Origin: Psammoneis japonica
Taxonomy: Eukaryota
Assembly (NCBI GenBank): GCA_008632985.1
Contig: QPGO01000005.1
Location: 434,001 to 498,000, forward strand
Direction: 5' to 3'
Length of the DNA: 64,000 nt
A program made the position numbers and the translations under genes. Shown here piece after piece: positions 60,908-64,000 of the stretch. Each line of letters opens with the position of its first letter. Positions within the stretch are counted from its first letter, which is position 1. The notes beneath the pieces are model-generated. The model searched no databases. It saw only the letters and a program-made list of their open reading frames with translations, and was not told the DNA's origin.

Positions 60908-62179
60908 ATGTCGTCTCCAGCACCACCGGCAAAGAAGAGAAAGAAAAATGAGACTGTTGAGCCAATGAGCCCGAAGTCAGCGCATGGTGCATTGAAATCA
61001 GAAGCAGAGAAGGTGGCTAGAAATGATCTGTTTCCACAGGTGAAGTTTCTCAGTCCGTCCGAATTGGCAAGCAATGGGAGCGTCTCAATGTTTGTCAAGA
61101 AACAGATTGCTGGTGGCAACATGGACACTTCAAATTGGTCAGGAACTTGGGAGGAATGGGCAAAAAAGGCGGTAAAAAGGCAAATTGACAATTGCAGAAA
61201 CACGGTGTGTTTGGCTGTTGGGGCGGAGGCAATGGCCCATGAGCCAAGTGACCAATGTGTGTGATTTCGAGAGTTGCGTGTGTCTCACAAGAAGATGACG
61301 GCGATGCTTTGTCCATGTGGGCGTTGTCACTGAGGAAGAGGGAAAGGAAAAAGAAAAGAAACTCAAGGCGGCAGTCAGGAGGAAAAAGCAAGGCAGGAAA
61401 AAGTCAAGCCATGACAAGAATGAAGAGAATGACACCCCATTTGTGCCGACATGGGATCCGTTTAGCCTGGACACTGTCACCGGCAGTAAACGAAGGAACA
61501 AGCAGGCACACAAGTGGTTCTGTGATCACATGCTGCCTCAAACCAAGCAAAAGCAGGCATGGAGCAGCACCGTCAAAACTGGGAACGCACAGGTCTCACA
61601 GTTGTTTACAGTTGGTGATGAAGCTTTGGCGCTGTTGGCCATGGAGAATTGTTGGCAGGTGTGGGCATGCAGGAACAAGGAGGAGGCGGTGGAAGAATTG
61701 GGTGAGGAAATGGAGCCCGAAGAAACAAGGCCTGCCCCTCGGTGCACAAAGCCAAAGAAACAACGAGTGTCTTGGGGAGACGATGGAATCAATTGGTTCA
61801 ACGATTCACACAAAGAGGTGATGAAAGACAGAGACTCCAAGGAGGGCAAGGAGTTTGAAAAGTGGCATGCGGAGATCAAGAAAAGTGAGTGCGAGAAGTC
61901 CGGAGAAGCAAAAAGAAGAAGAAGAAAGCGCCGACCGGTGACACGGAGAAGGTGAAGGCAATGAACAGCCCAATGGTGGAGAGCAGCAGGGATGATGACA
62001 GCAACAACGATGAGCAGGAGGAAGGCGCAAAAGGCAAAACGGACGAGGGAGGAGACGAGTCCGATGGAGACGAGTCCGACAATGATCGTCAGCTTAGTTC
62101 AAGAGAGTTGCAGCAAGAAAATGTGCGCACAGTTGGCATGGCACTCAGTCATTGCACTGCAGATGTAACAAGGGATTGA
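60908..62179 (+). pseudogene. Degenerate transposon accessory ORF divergent from the Plavaka-like transposase
   Basis: LFPQVKF, W....KKAVK..I...R and TVGDEALALLAMENCW..W...RCT...SWGDDGINWFN....V..DR form a motif set I associate with CMC/Plavaka-type accessory proteins. The region is frameshifted and Tyr-free. Confidence 0.55.
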
Positions 62180-62949
62180 CTTAACCGATGAAATGCTTTT
62201 CTTGTTTAAAATGATGTTTGCGAAAATTGACAAACCAAGGATTGTGTGGCAATGCAATTGCGCACTGGCATGTGGCAACAAGGTGGAGGCAGAAACAGTG
62301 ATGTGGGTGTGCAGTGAAAAATGGCACACACAATTCTCAATGAGTCATTGCAACATTGGCACACCAAACTTGTAANTTCATTGCACAACAATTTTTTTGC
62401 AACATTTTGACAAATTGTCATCATGCAAATCTGCACATTTTTAACATTTCGTGCACTCTGATGTTCTGTTGACTGCAATTGCGGTGCAAGGTCAAACGAG
62501 ACAAAGACTTCAACGAGGTCACAAACAGCGAAGCCCGTTGCATGCAACGGCTCTCCAACAACTGATTCATTCATCAGAGACAGACAGCACAGCCCGCCAT
62601 CCAGGCCCGCCAGACCAACAGGAGAGTGGTCTGTGCCCCCCCCTTGCTCACACACTCGAGGGTTTTCCACAGGCTCTGAGCCTGTGGGTTTTCACCACCC
62701 GTTTCACCATTCCCCAGCAGGCCAGAACCGAGCCGCGGCAACCTCACTCTTTCTTTCCAGATGAACAGAGAGCGGATGTGCTTCTGAATTCGAGATTCGA
62801 GAAGCCTATTTTGACCATTGGTGAACCCTGTGTGTGACGAGGCTGGCAACCGTATTTTTCTTTTGCACGGCGAACAAGAAAAAAAAAAATCTCGGTGACA
62901 CCACCCTCGACACTTTAATACAGTACAGTATCGTACACGAAATTTCACC

Positions 62950-64000
62950 ATGTCGGAACGCGGTGCCAACCAAAACAGCTTGGCAACCGAGCTCCAGGTC
63001 TTGTTGAGGCCTCTCGCGAACAACAAAGCTCCGGAGCTTTCGATTCTCGCCGCGGCATCGATGCCCGCTGATGCGAAACGTAGAAGCAATAGTGATTCCG
63101 AAGGCAACGGACTCATTTTCAAGCACATCGAATCCGATCAGCTGAGACTCTTTGAACGGCACGTTGGGCCGTATCAGGAAGTGCTGGGCAATGCTCTTAT
63201 GCACACTCGAAATCTTCGCAGCGATGAAATCTTTGAGTTCGAGTCAGATGTCGACGAACCTGTCAGTGGGGAACGATTTGAGCATCCAATCAATCGTTTA
63301 ATCCAAGGACCTCGGCCAGATCTATGTGTCTGGGTGGGGTTATTTCTGGGGAGAGACGCGGAACAGCGAGCTCGTGCTCAGTTTGAAGAAAACAGAGAGG
63401 AAGGAGAGCCATGTTATGGAAATGTACTCACTGACATCGAGCAGGCAGCATCGGGATTGTCCATATTGCAGTTGCTCCGAAATATCCTAAAGTATCTCTC
63501 GGAAGAAGCTCGTCGACTGGGTGATGCAGCCAAAATGCTACGCTTCTGTGCGCTTTATGGCTTGAGTGGTGCCATGTCGGATGTCTTGGATGGAAAATAT
63601 GGTGCAGTTGGCCAACAAGGTACCGTTCTTACGATTGACACGGCACTGCCCGCAAAGTCGGATGACGACTATACGGATGATGATGATGATGATTATGATG
63701 ATGATTATGATTTTTTATATGGAAGCCTTTTAAGCATGCCAGCATATTCGTTCGGAGTCACTCTGGGGTATTGTAACGTCGTGCGCCAGGCGATCACGTG
63801 CTGTGGTGCCAACATCGATGCGAAGTTCTATTTGAAGGACGGCCCGTTTGAACCACGCGAGTTCGACGGCTTGCCAGCGCAGATGTTGCTATGGGCGATC
63901 AAGAGAAATCAACTAGAAATGGTCAAATGCTTGGTGAGGGACTTTGGGTTTCAGTTTCGGTGGTTGGCGACTAGTACCTTCGAGGAGCTATACGACCTAC
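62950..64000 (+). CDS. Hypothetical protein with ankyrin-like repeats (3' partial)
   Basis: I translated an open frame from ATG 62950 to the window end; it is absent from the ORF track, presumably because it has no stop. It has normal TpA content, an Asp/Tyr tract, GANIDAK and LLWAIKRNQLEMVKCLV. Confidence 0.65.
   Translation, partial: MSERGANQNSLATELQVLLRPLANNKAPELSILAAASMPADAKRRSNSDSEGNGLIFKHIESDQLRLFERHVGPYQEVLGNALMHTRNLRSDEIFEFESDVDEPVSGERFEHPINRLIQGPRPDLCVWVGLFLGRDAEQRARAQFEENREEGEPCYGNVLTDIEQAASGLSILQLLRNILKYLSEEARRLGDAAKMLRFCALYGLSGAMSDVLDGKYGAVGQQGTVLTIDTALPAKSDDDYTDDDDDDYDDDYDFLYGSLLSMPAYSFGVTLGYCNVVRQAITCCGANIDAKFYLKDGPFEPREFDGLPAQMLLWAIKRNQLEMVKCLVRDFGFQFRWLATSTFEELYDL

Larger units (their letters stand above)
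39300..62850. repeat. ~23.5-kb nested graveyard of degenerate transposons and pseudogenes
   Basis: Strong TpA depletion over most of the span, no intact genes, and several recognisable TE remnants (listed separately). Confidence 0.85.

Noticed and set aside
62377..62377. Single ambiguous base N
   Set aside because: Assembly ambiguity, not biology; it may mark a join, so continuity here is uncertain.
39384..62837. Alternative genetic code or recoding as an explanation for Tyr-free ORFs
   Set aside because: Flanking genes use the standard code with normal Tyr and TAA/TAG stops; the depletion is frame- and strand-independent.

Overview
Eukaryotic DNA with short GT-AG introns, almost certainly from a diatom. 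The evidence is frustulin repeats and bipartite 'ASAF'-type plastid presequences; a pennate species is my inference. Layout: (1) 1-14.3 kb is a tandem array of four secreted calcineurin-like metallophosphoesterase genes, each fused to Cys-rich frustulin (diatom cell-wall) repeats. (2) 14.5-19.3 kb and 26.8-39.1 kb hold ordinary genes: two VOC/glyoxalase-fold proteins, a GH63-like protein, ABA4-like, DUF4239-like, a 1100-aa repeat protein, Tic22-like, two unknowns and LeuA with a 1-nt frameshift. (3) Three blocks of dead transposons at ~9.6-10.85, ~19.75-26.65 and ~39.3-62.85 kb contain a CRE-like LINE, non-autonomous LTR elements including a TRIM, a Sola-like transposase, a Gypsy pol, a Plavaka-like element and a CLC pseudogene. 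(4) An ankyrin-like gene runs off the right end. The strongest signal is that the transposon blocks have lost almost all TpA dinucleotides, converted to TpG/CpA. This shows as Tyr->Cys/His at conserved motifs and as TA vs TG/CA differences between paired LTRs. In some elements it occurs with CpG fully intact, which points to a repeat-targeted TpA hypermutation running opposite to fungal RIP. All counts are hand counts and all family calls are motif recognition, not database results.
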